A stretch of DNA of 64,000 nucleotides from Podarcis bocagei (lineage: Eukaryota), in the NCBI GenBank assembly GCA_964188305.1, contig OZ076892.1; one strand, 5' to 3'. The translations under genes and the position numbers were made by a program. Positions 46,701 to 59,847 of the stretch are shown here, piece by piece (positions within the stretch are counted from its first letter, which is position 1; each line of letters starts with the position of its first letter). The notes beneath the pieces were generated by a model. The model searched no databases, was not told the DNA's origin, and saw only the letters and a program-made list of their open reading frames with translations.

Positions 46701-49700
46701 CTACTGGGGTCTGAACAGAAAGGAAATGAAAGAGAAGAAGCCTTTGTCAAGCAGACTAAACAAAGATCATTAATATTACCCTCACTGCATAGATGACGTC
46801 CCGCCACTGCAGGGATAGGCAAGTTTCAGGCCTGGCAAAGGATGCGGATCCACCACCACTGACTTTGGGGGCCCACTTGAATCAAGTACCCATTGCATCC
46901 ACTGGGGAAGAGATGGACTCTGCAAGCCCACAAGGACAAACTGCCTCTAGGAAGGGGCCTCCTAGTCCGGTTCCTGCCCAACAAAAGAACCTGCCTCCAC
47001 ACAGGTCCAGGCTGCTAGGTATCAACAAGGAGGAAGAATTCAACTTTTGCAGTGCTCTGTACATTGTTGGCTTTCTCCATGTCAACAGAAGCCAAAGTAT
47101 TCAGCAGCCACCATCAGGTGCTGCAAAAGCTCAAGTCAGATCACCTATAAATGACCCATTCACAGGTCTATGCTTGTTTTGCTTCAAATGTCCATTAGAT
47201 AACTGCAACTGTCACACCATTACTATAATTGCTCAAATTTCCCTGGCAGCAAGCAATGTGCATACATTTTGCATGGCAAACACAGGCAAAATCCAATGTG
47301 ATTTTTGATATGGCTGCTGTTTTGTGCACAGAAGGAAAACCATTTGTGGAGTACTTACTAACAGTGATGGTCCTCTGTTCCCAACCAAGAGATTTCCGTC
47401 CCAAAAAGTCGGGTCTCATCAGTACATTTTAGCAACCTCTTGGCAAGCCCCATCCATGTTCATCTTCCCAGATTCCTCCCCCTCCAACCCACTAGTGGAG
47501 GAAATTCTCACCTTGTGCAGGAACTCAAGCTTCTCCCCACTGTTTATCAACTTATAGGTGTAGACAAAGCCTCCAGCCACAGAGCGTGGGTTCAGGATGA
47601 GGTCCTTGGCTACGCCCACTAGAACATGCCAGTCGTCACCACCATTGGCAAATCGGCACACTGCCACACTGTAGAGAGCCAGAACGATAATGTTACTTGA
47701 CAAGACGAAGGGAAGACTGGGAAGGCAAAAGAAGTAGTTGCTTTACAGCAATGAAGAGCAAGAGAGAACACTTTGGGGAAAGGCAGCAGCGAAGGGTATG
47801 TTGTACCATTTGCTTGTGGTAAGGCAGTATAGAAATGCAATACGCAAACTGAATGAGATTTAATTAGGGCCGTTGTCAACTGAGAAGATCATGGTAAATG
47901 ACTGCTATCGGCCCCAAGACCCCAAACAACTTCAGGTAGACCGCATTTTTGCTTTATTTAATTAGATTCTAGAGTCATCTGGCAACAAAGTATAAGTAAA
48001 TATTTGGTTTGACTGGTGTACTTCAAGTATGACCAAAGTATGACCCGGTATAAAGAGTAATTTTCATTATTTAGCAGAAAGGACAGCATTCAAAATGGTA
48101 ACTTGCTTCAGAGGTGCAGACACTGTTCCTTACCTGAAGGCAGCTTCATTTTGCTCCAGCTGGACTAGATCTAATGTGTTTCCTTGGATGGGGTTCATCA
48201 CCCGGACAACAGATGCCCATTGTCCATTTCCTGCTTTTGGGGCACCAAAGATGGACTCAGGAAGGTTCTCGTTCAGAAACGCGGCCGCCATCTCTGCAGC
48301 TAGTTCCCTCTCATCTTCCCCTGCAGCTTCCACCATTTCCTGCAATGCACAAGGGGGCAAAAAAAGGACTGTAAGAACTGCCTGCTGGTTCAGGCCAAAG
48401 ACCTATCTCTACTGCAGCATCCTGTTCTCACAGTGGCCAAAGCAGATGCCTCTTGGAAGCCCAAGCAGGACCTAAATCAATCCCAACAACTGGCATTTAG
48501 AGGCATGCTGCTTTTGGCAATGGAGACAGAATATAGTCATCATGGTTAGTAGGCAACTGATAATCTACTGCTCCATGAATTTGTTTAATGCTCTTTTAAA
48601 GCCATCCAAGTTGGTGGCCATCACTGCTTCTTGTGATTTTGATGGTTAGGCATTCCTAACTGAGGTGCAGAAAGTAAGTGAGCTTTTCCATGGGTTACAA
48701 AAGCAGACTAGCCTCCTCTCTAGAAAGGAAAGTGGTCACTGCTCTGCACTGTGTTGCGACAACTTCCCCACCAAGTACAGCAACAGCAAAAGAAGCTCTA
48801 GCTCACAGAATCCTGTCCCTGCCCTTCTTTGGTGAGAGCTGGACCCCAGGCAGAAGCCAGGCATGTTACCTCCGCCATCTGCTGCTTCCTTTGGGCTTTA
48901 GTGGCCTCAGTATAAGCATTGTGGTCCGTCTCAATGATGATTAGGTTGTTGCTCTCAGGGTGGATGACGAACTTCCTAGGAGTGTACTGCAACGGGAAGG
49001 CAACCTGGTTGAAGACAGCTCCAAGCTTCTCCAGGGCCAAAATCCTGTGGGAGCCAAAAAGTTGCAGACATAAGCTTATCCCAGTGAGCCACCTTAAAGG
49101 AACTAAAAGGACATCCAAGCCAAACAATGGAGCCTCCCTGCTGGGCAAGCATCTGTGGCATGAACAGGCAACCCCCTTTAGTATTCAAGATCAGGAGAAA
49201 CAGCTGCCTCCTGCCCCTGAAGAGAGATCAAGCAGACCTTCAACAAAACCAACATGGCTGCTATTTCAGAACCACCTGATGCTTTGTGAAAATGTAGCGA
49301 AGCCTTTGAAGTGAACACTCCACAGACTGGCTACCACCAAGGAATAATCTCCTCCCAACAACCTGTCATGTTTCAGGTGGGTTGCCGTGGGTGGGTGGCT
49401 GCCATGTACAGCTCTCCTTCCCATCTTGAGCAACTGGGAAGGAGGCCAGATCAAGCCACTCAACGCAGAGTGGGTAAGCCATCTTACCCATGAAAGGTCA
49501 TGTAGAAAGGAGGCGTTCAGGGCAACCCTTTTGGGCACCAACTGCCCCTGCTTTGCACAGGAAGGAGCTTGGGACAGACAAGCAAGACAGACAGATAGTC
49601 CTGTGTGCCAAGAGAGAAGGCAAACAGGTTCCATTATTTGTTTCCTTTCCCACTGCTGGCATTTTGATACGAACCTCAGTGTGTTTGTTGAGATGGCTAC

Positions 49701-52700
49701 TATGCCCTCTGGACACTGCTCTGAAGCAAAGCCAGAGGCAAACTCCAACGTTTCATATGAGAGGGGTGTTAAGTGGAAGCGGGATTGATAGGAGTAACTC
49801 AGCCAAGAACGGCTTGACATGGCCAGCACCTGGAGCAGGAGGAAAAGAAGAGAGAGAAAACTCAGGGAGAGAACAGCAAATGGGACAGAGCAGTTCACAC
49901 CTCTGGGAACCAAGCTGGCTGCCTTCTCCTCCTAGCAGCCCACAATCAAAGGTTCTGTTGGCAGGGCAGAACTAATTACAGGCTCTAGGAGTCCCCAAGC
50001 CAGCAGCATAAGAGAAGTTGTGAGGGGGCCAAATTGAGATTCCTGCATTGTATGGTGTTGGACTAGATGACCCCCAGGGTCCCTTCCAGCTCTACAGTAA
50101 TATGATTCTGAAGGCCACAAGCCTGGCTACTTTATCACCAACTTTCAAAAACACCTTGCACTCTGTAAATCAGGTGCAATGACTACAGCAGCAAGAGCCA
50201 GGCAAACAAAGGACATTGAGTACTTCCTCCTTCTTTAATGGCCCCCTCCCTTTCCCACAAGCAGCTAAAATAAGCAGGACCCAGAAGCAGGCCAAGATAT
50301 TTCCTTTCCCCTGGCCTCATCAACACTCTTGTTTGCTCCCTCACTCACACCCCCATCCAATAGCATGTATTTTCCCTCTGTACCAGACGGTAAACAAGGA
50401 ATTTAGTTGTGAACTCATCCCACCCCAAATTTCTAAAAGATCTTAGTCACCAGATTCACAGTCCTCCTGAAGTTTTTGCTCCTCCCCCTCCAGCTTTTCA
50501 TGAGTGCACTCCTCTGATTCCCCGCTCACTCACCGCTTCTTGGCCTTGCATCCGGACTCGGAAGAGCTTCACAGGGCGCGAGCCCAGATACCTGGTCCTT
50601 GTGTCAGAGAGGTCACCAGTAACTGGATCAAGGACAGTTCGGAGAAGCACACCGTTCTGGGTTACAAGGGCAGATGAGCAAAGCAAGGTGTGGGGAGAGG
50701 GACAAGGGCAGGCAGAGAGAAAAAGAGGCACCAGATTAACTCGGAATACCAATGTATCTTTAGCTCCTGACTTCGGAAGTCTTACTATTTCCAGGTTCTC
50801 TCTGGCATGTACAAAATTAAGTACAACACTGCTAACAAAGCTGCTGTTTCCTCCTTTAACAAACTAAGAAAAGGCTTTTTTGTGAAACAGCTTAAAGTGT
50901 AGGCTACTCCCACTTCCCACCTAAATACAAAGACCCCTGACCCGCTGGAAGATGAGCTCTAACACTTCCACCCTCCTCCCTGGCAGACAGAAGGTATCCT
51001 TCACAATGGGATCAGAGTCTGCCTTAATCAAGCAGGAGAGGGCTCCCTTCCTCAGGAGCTCTGGAAGAGTGAAGAAGGTGGCAGGAGGGACGCAATGTTC
51101 CATTCTGGCAGGCCTTCTGAGAGGGTATGTGGAATGGGTCTCTATAGGGTTGTACGAACTCAAGAGTATGGCTTCCTACACAGTCCAGTCATATGCAGCA
51201 AGACCTGGTCCAATCCCATATATTGAGGATCTAGCAAAGGTTCTCGGCAGTAACTGCTTACCTGCAAGCCAATGTTCAGGTACAAGAAGCCAATCGAGCC
51301 ACGCTCTCCCAGTTCATCCTGCTTCTCAGCTCCACCCATTTCCACAATGCACAGTGATTCTGGCTGGGCAGGGAGAGCTTGCATACTCAGCGGCTGAAGA
51401 CAGTCCTAAGGGATGGAGAAGGAAGACACCATTACTAAAGCAGAGAGAAAGAGCAAAGCATAACACATAAGGTCTTTGTTGCTACCCTGAACCAATTCAG
51501 ACATCAGGTGAGGAACTGTAAATGGCCAGATTCTCCTTTGTACAAAAATGCCTGGCACATTTGAAGGAGAAGACTAGGCTGACCTGCCAATTTTCTATGT
51601 AGGAGGGCATTCAACCACATCCCCCAGCAGTCTGAAGAGATAGACTGAAGAAGCACATGGCAATGTTGATTATGCCAACCAGCTCAAAATGTTTCTCCAT
51701 TTGGGGCAATCTGTGGGAAGATTCATTTCATCTGAGGAAGTCTTTGAAGAATCATTTTTAGCTCTGGCCTTCTTTCAGGCAACCCAGTATCTTCCAAAAG
51801 TTTGGAATACAACTCCCATAATCCTCAGCCAAACTGACTAAGGCTGTGGTGAGTTGTAGTTTAAACCATCTGAAAGTCACCAGGTTGGAGAAAGCTCGTG
51901 TACAACATACACCTTGATTATTGTGAACTGACCTATTATATGGTCACTGAAGCATGACCAGAGGTTTGATGCTCCTTACTGGCATCAAGTCCTTTGGAAT
52001 GCCTGAACCTTCAAATTAAGAGGCAGGGGTATCAAAAAAAGAAGGGGAGGGGAGAGAAAGCAACTGCAGTTTGGGTTGGGAAAAGAGCATGCTAGAGTTC
52101 AACTGGAGTCAGCTAAAACTGGAAGACATATTGGGGTACTGGAGGAGTAAGCCCTGCCTTTGGGGTTTCTGACGAAGCACCAGCAGTTGTATTGCCCACT
52201 TTATGAGTCTGCTTGCTTCCAATATGCTCTCCTTTCATATTAGATAACAAACCCAAGTCAGTCTAGTGCATTCTCACATCCAAAGAAAGGAAAGCCCTGC
52301 TAACTACCCCTGGAATTTCCTCTCACTCAGGTTTTTTTTTTGGGGGGGGGTTAGTTTTGGTTAAAATACTTTAATTCGGGTCAGCAAAGACTTAGCTACA
52401 GGCAAGCGACTCTCAGGAAGCACTTACAGAGGGGTCGAGGGAAATGATGCGCACAGTGTTGTCTACCAGCCCAACAGCAAGGAACCGGGAGCGCTGCTCT
52501 CCTGGGGGAACATTGGCCAAGCTCATGCACACCACATCAGCAGACATCTCCTTCCGCTCTGTGTATTCATTCAGCTGTCCTGACTGGTGTGGGAAAAAGG
52601 CACAATGGAGGAAGGAAGTCACACCTGGATTAGCAGAACCAGACTCGTTTCAGATCAAGAGCTGTGCAGTAAATTCTTTGAACCATGTATGATGACAGGT

Positions 52701-55700
52701 GACCTTGCTTGTTTGAAGCCTGGAGCACTTTGAAGAACACCAAGTTTATCAGAGATAAGCTGGTCTTAAAAAATATGCCAGTCTCTGTAATGGCCCACCA
52801 AAGCAACCCCCGAACACCCACCCCACCCAAATGGCACAAATCACCTGAATGTTATCCTGCACAAGAACCCCTGAAATGAAGGAAAGCGACATAAGGAGCC
52901 CAATAATGCTGTGATGCAGTTCTCATTTGTTTCCACTGCAAGCCTAGTCTGCAAACCCTCATGAAAGTCACACCTCCCTCCAGCTAAGCTCACGTACCGG
53001 GTCCATCTCAAAGTAGACCAGCTCTCCCCCTGTCAGTGCGATCACCACTTGTCTCTGATTCACAGCACATTTGACGATGGTTTTCTTCCCTGGTGTTTTC
53101 CACTCATTAACTCTTTTATCTGCTCTGATGTGCCGGATGCCATCAGGATAAACCTAAACAAATACAGAAATAAGATGCTGAGTCAGTCCACCTGACAGGA
53201 AGTGCCTTTGCTGTTCTTTCCATTATTAGGCTAGCCTTGCAAGTCAGTTCACAGAAGTTATCAGCCTAGCCTTTTAATTTTTTTTCCTAAACTGCTTGCT
53301 CACATACAGTTTTTTACTGTCATTTGGACACACCAGAGGTCAAAAAGGGAAGCAGAAGAACCAGCACCTCTTATCTGGTTTACAAAAGCTTACTCAGCCT
53401 GCTCATCTGTAACCCATTTGCCACAAGTACGTGGCAATATTTCCATGCCTACCTATACAGCTTTTTAGTTTGCAAAGTGATCTATAATCTTTGTCTCATT
53501 CACACAACTAATTTCTGCTGTTCACCATCAAGTGCTCTCATTATATCTAGCTGAGAGAGGGCAAAGTCAACAAACAGCAACTTGAAAAGCGCCACCAAGG
53601 TAAATGATCAAGATTCCACAAGCTCCTATCTACCTTTAAAAACAAAACAAAAATCACAGGGAATATTAGTCTATGCAACCAGTTAAAATAATGCAGTAGA
53701 AGACTAAACGTTTTTTAGTAAGAGCGGAACACCAAGGGAATCTTACTTTGAAAGGCTCTTGAAACAACCCTTTCCCAACCTTAAAGGTGACCTTATCCTC
53801 TAGCCAGTTTGTAGTCACAACTATTAAATTAGCTACCACCACTCCATCCATGCCAGGAGAGCACCACAACCAAACCCTCTCTCCTTGCATTTCTTGAGAA
53901 GGCCAACGGGCCTGGCTGCAAAAGGCAAGCAGAACACAAAGAGGTAAAAGGCCCCTTACCTGTACCAAAGCATCATCTCCCAACAATGAGCAAGACAAGG
54001 TGGGCGTAGTACCAAGGAAACCTGAGTCTGTAACCTCCTCTACAGTTTCTCCGATAGACAGTACCAGGGTGGCATTGACGAAGGACACAATGATATAGGC
54101 ATCAAATTCATCTAATTACAGAAAAAAGAAGACAGGTGCCAATATTTAGAAGGTCAAGAAAGAGGTTTGTAGAACAACTATGGACAACAGAAACTCTTCA
54201 CAAAGGCTACTACAGTTATTTCCATCATCACCATCACACACAAGTTCATGACAGGGGGCAGCATGGCCTTCAGACACTTGGACCATGGTAAAAGGAGAAG
54301 AACACTCAAGGCACAAGGAAGCTACAGCTGTGCAAGAAGTGTGGACCTTCTTTGAGAGCCTCCCCCCCCCCATTTATATCATAATCACATCTGGGTCAGA
54401 GTAGAACTGGAGTAAAAACAGTTACTTTCTCTCCTCCTAACCACAAGAAAATGATCAGACAAGACGTTTAGACGTTTGTGCCTGCAGCCAACAGAACAGT
54501 TTGTTCTCATTTGCTCTCTCTAAATTACACACACGAACACAGCGTATCTGTAAAACAAAAATTGTGATGTAGATCAAAATAAATCCCACAGGTTAATAAA
54601 ATACACCAACCCAGACAATGTAACTTAACTAAAACATGAGATGCAGCTAATTTAGTTCTTTTATAAATAAAAGATGGAGTTGGCAGGAGGGATAACAAAA
54701 CAGTATTATGAAAACAATGAACTAATGAAGCAGATGGAAGCTCAGAGAACAAATGGTTAGCAACCTCTCACAGCTTTTAGATCTTTCCACCAGAAGTTAA
54801 TAGTAAGAAGCCACACACCTTCTTTCCACATTCCAGAAAGAAAAAACCCCAGAATGCCACTGAACTATTAAGCGCCAGATTGAGGAATCTGAGTCAGAGC
54901 AGGCTTTTGCAGAGCTAGAGAAACTTCTATGGCTTCACAGGTATAAATTGCATTGAACCATCAAAATGCAAGATTAGAAGCCACTAGAAAGAGATATGCC
55001 CATGGTGGCAAGATGCCCACCACTGGATCAAGATGCTCTTCTCTTTGCATCTTCCCACAATGGAGCCCTACAGGAGCTCCAGGTCAAGCAGTTGTCCTCC
55101 CTAGAGTTCAGGCTTCCACAATAGATGCTCCGCCAAGCTAAGCAGTTGGCCCCTTATCTCTCTCGCCCTGACCTAGCCACTGTGATCCATGCGACGGTCA
55201 CCTCCAGACTGGATTATTGTAACTCGCTCTACGTGGGGCTGCCCTTGAGACTGACCCAGAAACTCCAGCGGGTGCAGAATGCCGCGGCGAGACTCCTTAC
55301 GGGGTCTTCGCTGCGAGATCACATTCACCCGGTGCTATACCAGCTGCACTGGCTCCCGGTGGAGTACAGGATCAGGTTTAAGGTGCTGGTTTTAACCTTT
55401 AAAGCCCTATACGGCCTAGGACCCTCGTACCTACGGGACCGCCTCTCCTGGTATGCCCCACAGAGAAACCTATGGTCTGCAAATAATAACACCCTCAAGG
55501 TCCCAGGCCTCAGAGAGGTTAGGCTGGCCTCAACTAGAGCCAGGGCCTTCTCGGCTGCGGCTCCAACCTGGTGGAACGCTCTGTCACAAGAGACCAGGGC
55601 CCTGCGGGACCTGACATCTTTCCGCAGGGCCTGCAAGACAGAGTTGTTCCGCCAGGCCTTTGGTCAGGGTGCAGCCTGACTCCCTCCTCTGGCAACCTGC

Positions 55701-58700
55701 ACAGAATTTTGTTTAATCGGTTGCCATCAATTTGATTTTAACTAATTTTATAATGAAATATTTTTAGAACGCGTTATTATTTGATTGTTTATTTGATTGT
55801 TGTTAGCCGCCCTGAGCCCGGCTTAGCTGGGGAGGGCGGGATATAAATAAAATTTATTATTATTATTATTATTAAGTAGCAAGTCCGGTTTAGTTACCAG
55901 CAAAAAGACCAAGGGGATTTCTTGTTCAAGGGGCAGAAGGGAAAGAATTTGGCTGCAGTTTTATGGAAATGAATGGGGACAAAAGGGAAGAATTAAACAG
56001 CAATACTGCCAAGGATGGAGATACCAGGGGGGCAACATGGATTCAAATGAAGTAAAAAAAAAAAAAAAAGTGGGGCTGAAGAAGAGACTGTAATGTTAAC
56101 TAACATAGTGTCCACTCAGCTTGGAAATGGGTACATGAACACTTTCCAGTTGTCTTCTATCCATAGAAACAAAATAGCTTATTCACAGGTTTTAAATATA
56201 GTGCCAGAGATTACACAGGATTTAGACAATGCATAGATATGTTAATATGAATTGTAATTGGCTGTAAGTCGCTTTGGGTTGCCTTGGGAAATATAAAGTG
56301 ACCAACAAATTTAATAATAAACAAATAAATATGTAACATTTTAACAGACACTTCACTGTTCAGTTTCCTCACATTCACTCTGCCAATGAAACCATTTAGA
56401 AATTACCACTATAGCAGAAAACATTTCCCCTGCTGGTGCAATTCCCAGTAGCGATGCAAATACCCCCCAAAAGAAAGCCCTGCAGGGACACGGCCAGTTA
56501 GGGTAGAGAATACTGAGCCAATGGCCCAATGGTCTGAATGGATACAAAGCTGCTTCCGTGTTCCTGTCACCTATGCTTGTGTAGCTGCATTCCACGTTAA
56601 GCACTCTCCAGCTTGGCCTTTTACAGGGGCAGCACACAAATCAGGATCTTAGGCTGTATATTTCTTTTCATCTGTAGACCACCAGCTTCAAAGAACTCAG
56701 ATATGGAAAACAGCCATTCTAAAGAGTTAAATACCAACAGTGGACGGGTCCACCAAGCTTACAGCCAATCCTGTGGAGGCAGCAGGCAAAGGAACAAGCA
56801 ACTGAGCAACTCATATAGGAGGGCTCTAATTAGTTCAGCTTCAATGTCAGAAACTAGATATAGTAAACTTGTAACTTACATATATTTAATTTGTGCAAAT
56901 TCAGCTTTATGTGCTTGGCAAATAAATTAAAAGGGGGCAGGCATCTGTGGGGGGGGCACTTTCACAATATCCTCCAACATGTTTTGACTATATGTGATTT
57001 TGACTTTCAGTGCTATCCCCAGAATGTAAACACACACACCCCGAATAAATTTCAGGCTTACTGTATAGCCTTTACCAAACTGGTGTCTATCCAGCTGTTT
57101 TGGGTTGCCGCTCCCATCAGCTGTGCTGGGGAAAGCTGATAGTTCAAAACAGATGAGAGGGCCCTAAGGCTGGCAAAAGCAAAGCCATTCACACTTTTAC
57201 TTGCTGACCTGTGTGGAACTCACTCCCACCTCAGTGCAGAAGTCCATGACATGTGCTCCACTCTGTCACAATAAAACCTAAAACCGCCACCCAAGTCCTC
57301 CACAGACTCCTAACACAGTTCCAGATCGAGACACTCAGGTGCTCAGATTCACCCACGTCATAAGCTGGATTTGACTGTAATGGATGCACAGGGTTCAGCA
57401 ACACAGGCAGCAAGGCTTCCTTATTCACAAAGCACCCCCACTGTCTATCAGGGTTCCCATGAAGCTTCATCCCTCGTGTGCTTCCCCCACTCTTTTTATC
57501 TACACAATTCAATTTACCCCTTTTAAACACAAGAAACAAATCAATTATATGGAAAATCATAGTGTCCGAATAGTCAGAAGTTCATCATGGACTAGATTGT
57601 TAACAGTATCATTAGCACTGGGAATTCATTCACATACATTATTTTTTGTTGAGATTCCTTTCTTGTTGTTGCAGAAGTAACGTGTTAGATCTAATAAAGT
57701 GCATACATGGCTTTCCTAGCTCAAACTCTCTTGGAAAAATTCAATGAAACTTATGCCCAGTGTCTGGATGCTCCATAAAAGACAGCATCAGCAAAGTTTT
57801 GAGTGAGGGAGGGAGTGATCACAGCAGCACTTGAAGATCACTGTTTAAAAGTTGCAGATATGCCCGTGATCTCATGCCTCTTTGCAAGCAGATTTTAACT
57901 GCTGCATAAGCTATGCTGTATTTAAATTGTTGTGTAAGTCATTTTGTGAGCAGCAGTGAAATGGTAACACCACACCAACTTCCTGCGAAAGGCAGGGGAA
58001 AGAAGTCAAGCCAGAGAGGAATCAAGAAAGGCAAGCAGCACCTTGTTTTCTCCTTCTCAGCACAGAGCAAGGTGAGGCCAACAGGGTGAGTGAGCAGAGA
58101 CAAGGTCCATCATATGTCAACAGCGCATCAGAGACAGCTGCCTGTATTGTTCATTTTGTAGCCAGAGTGGGAACTCTGGTAAGGAACCAGTTACTAAACC
58201 CAGAACTCTGAGGTGTAGAAGGATATGGTATAATGAATATCTAGACTTTAACATCTCTAAACATGAACTGGGTCTCCCCCCCCCCCCATTAACATACTGG
58301 AATGCCCAGGACCAGTGGGCAAGAACAGATGGCAGTTCCTTACAGTTACAGGCATGTGAAGCTTAACTTTATCTTGCGAAAGGCCCCAAGGATGTGGAAA
58401 GCAACTGGACAGTAAAAGCCAGTTCTTATCCCAGGAGCTCAGGAGAGGGCTGAGGACTCAGGTGGTACTTGAATACTGACTTCTTACATAGTTTGTTGAC
58501 AGAGGTGTTTGCAAGAAAAGTAATTTAAAAAGAGCCTCAAAGTTGTGCCTCTTCCTCCCCCCCTCCAGTTACAGCCCTTGGCTGTAGGTACACACCTGTG
58601 GGAGGGGATCAGCACCTCCACCACCAGCCACCTGTGGAAGAAAAAAGAAGGCTTGGTATTGGTAGTAGCAGGGACCACATACCAGCCGAGGTTAGTTTTT

Positions 58701-59810
58701 GCTTGGAAGGGGTTCATATGGTACACATGTAACATGAGAGAATGCAGAACTTCAGAAGCACAAGCCAGACACAGGCAGGATTACCACATTATGACCAAGT
58801 CAGTTTTGTACTACTGGCCTGGTTTGCACACAAAGTGAAGTCATTGTTTGTTTGACCATGTATATGGCACAAGTTGTACCACAGATAATAAAACAAACCA
58901 TGGCTTTCTTTTCCCAAGTTTGGTTTCTTTTCAAGCTGATCTTGCCACATGTCTTTGTAGCTTGGTAGCTTGGTAGCTTAGTGAGGAGGTGGTGAGATGG
59001 CCAAAGAAATAGTGATTGAGGAAATGTGGTGGATTCATACATAATACCAAGCCGTAATTAAAAGCTAAACAAGGTTCCAAAGCCAACAAGAACCCACGGC
59101 TTCAAATTGTGGTTTGTTGGCAGTAAACAAACCATAGTTAAGCCACTGGGCAGGGTACAACCCAACCATGGTTTAAGAAACCATGGCTTAGCATTTTTTG
59201 GACACCAAGCCATTGCATTAACACATTACATGGCGAAAACTGGCACACACCTGGTTAGAGGGAGCCATTAATAAATACTAAGTGCATCAAACAACCTTGT
59301 GCATGATGCAAAACTGAACCAGTAAAGCTATCCTCCTGACCAATGTATTCTACTCAATCACACTGTAACGTGAGAGCTGGGACTCACTTGGGTCACCCAA
59401 ACATTTATGAGGCACTGAAGTCCACATATAATAAATTTATTTTCACACATGGAACAAGTTGGATGGCCATCTGTCATGGATGCTTTAGCTGAGATTCCTA
59501 CATTGCAGGGGGTTAGACTAGATGGCCCTTGGGTCCCTTCCAGCTCTAAGATTCTAAATTCCACTCCATGAAAAACCAGCTGCTGTCTGGGAAAAGTCTC
59601 ACAGGGGCATTTTTCCTGACCACCAGCCATGTGAATGACAAGCAACCCTTGCAGGTCAGGAAAGCATTTTCAGAGCAAATCTTGAACTGCTGAAAATACA
59701 GAAAGGCTGATTAAAACAGGTCCTGGCTTTCCAAAGTTCTGTGCTAGCTAGACAGCTGAGAACAGCACGGATGTCCTGTCTGAAGACCATACACACTTTT
59801 GACTCACAAC

Positions 59811-59847
<37 letters not shown>

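Noticed and set aside
57218-57279. Second cryptic exon in SF3B3 intron 11 (ttttag|...GGA|gtgagt, 54 nt)
   Set aside because: Poor polypyrimidine tract and no other support.
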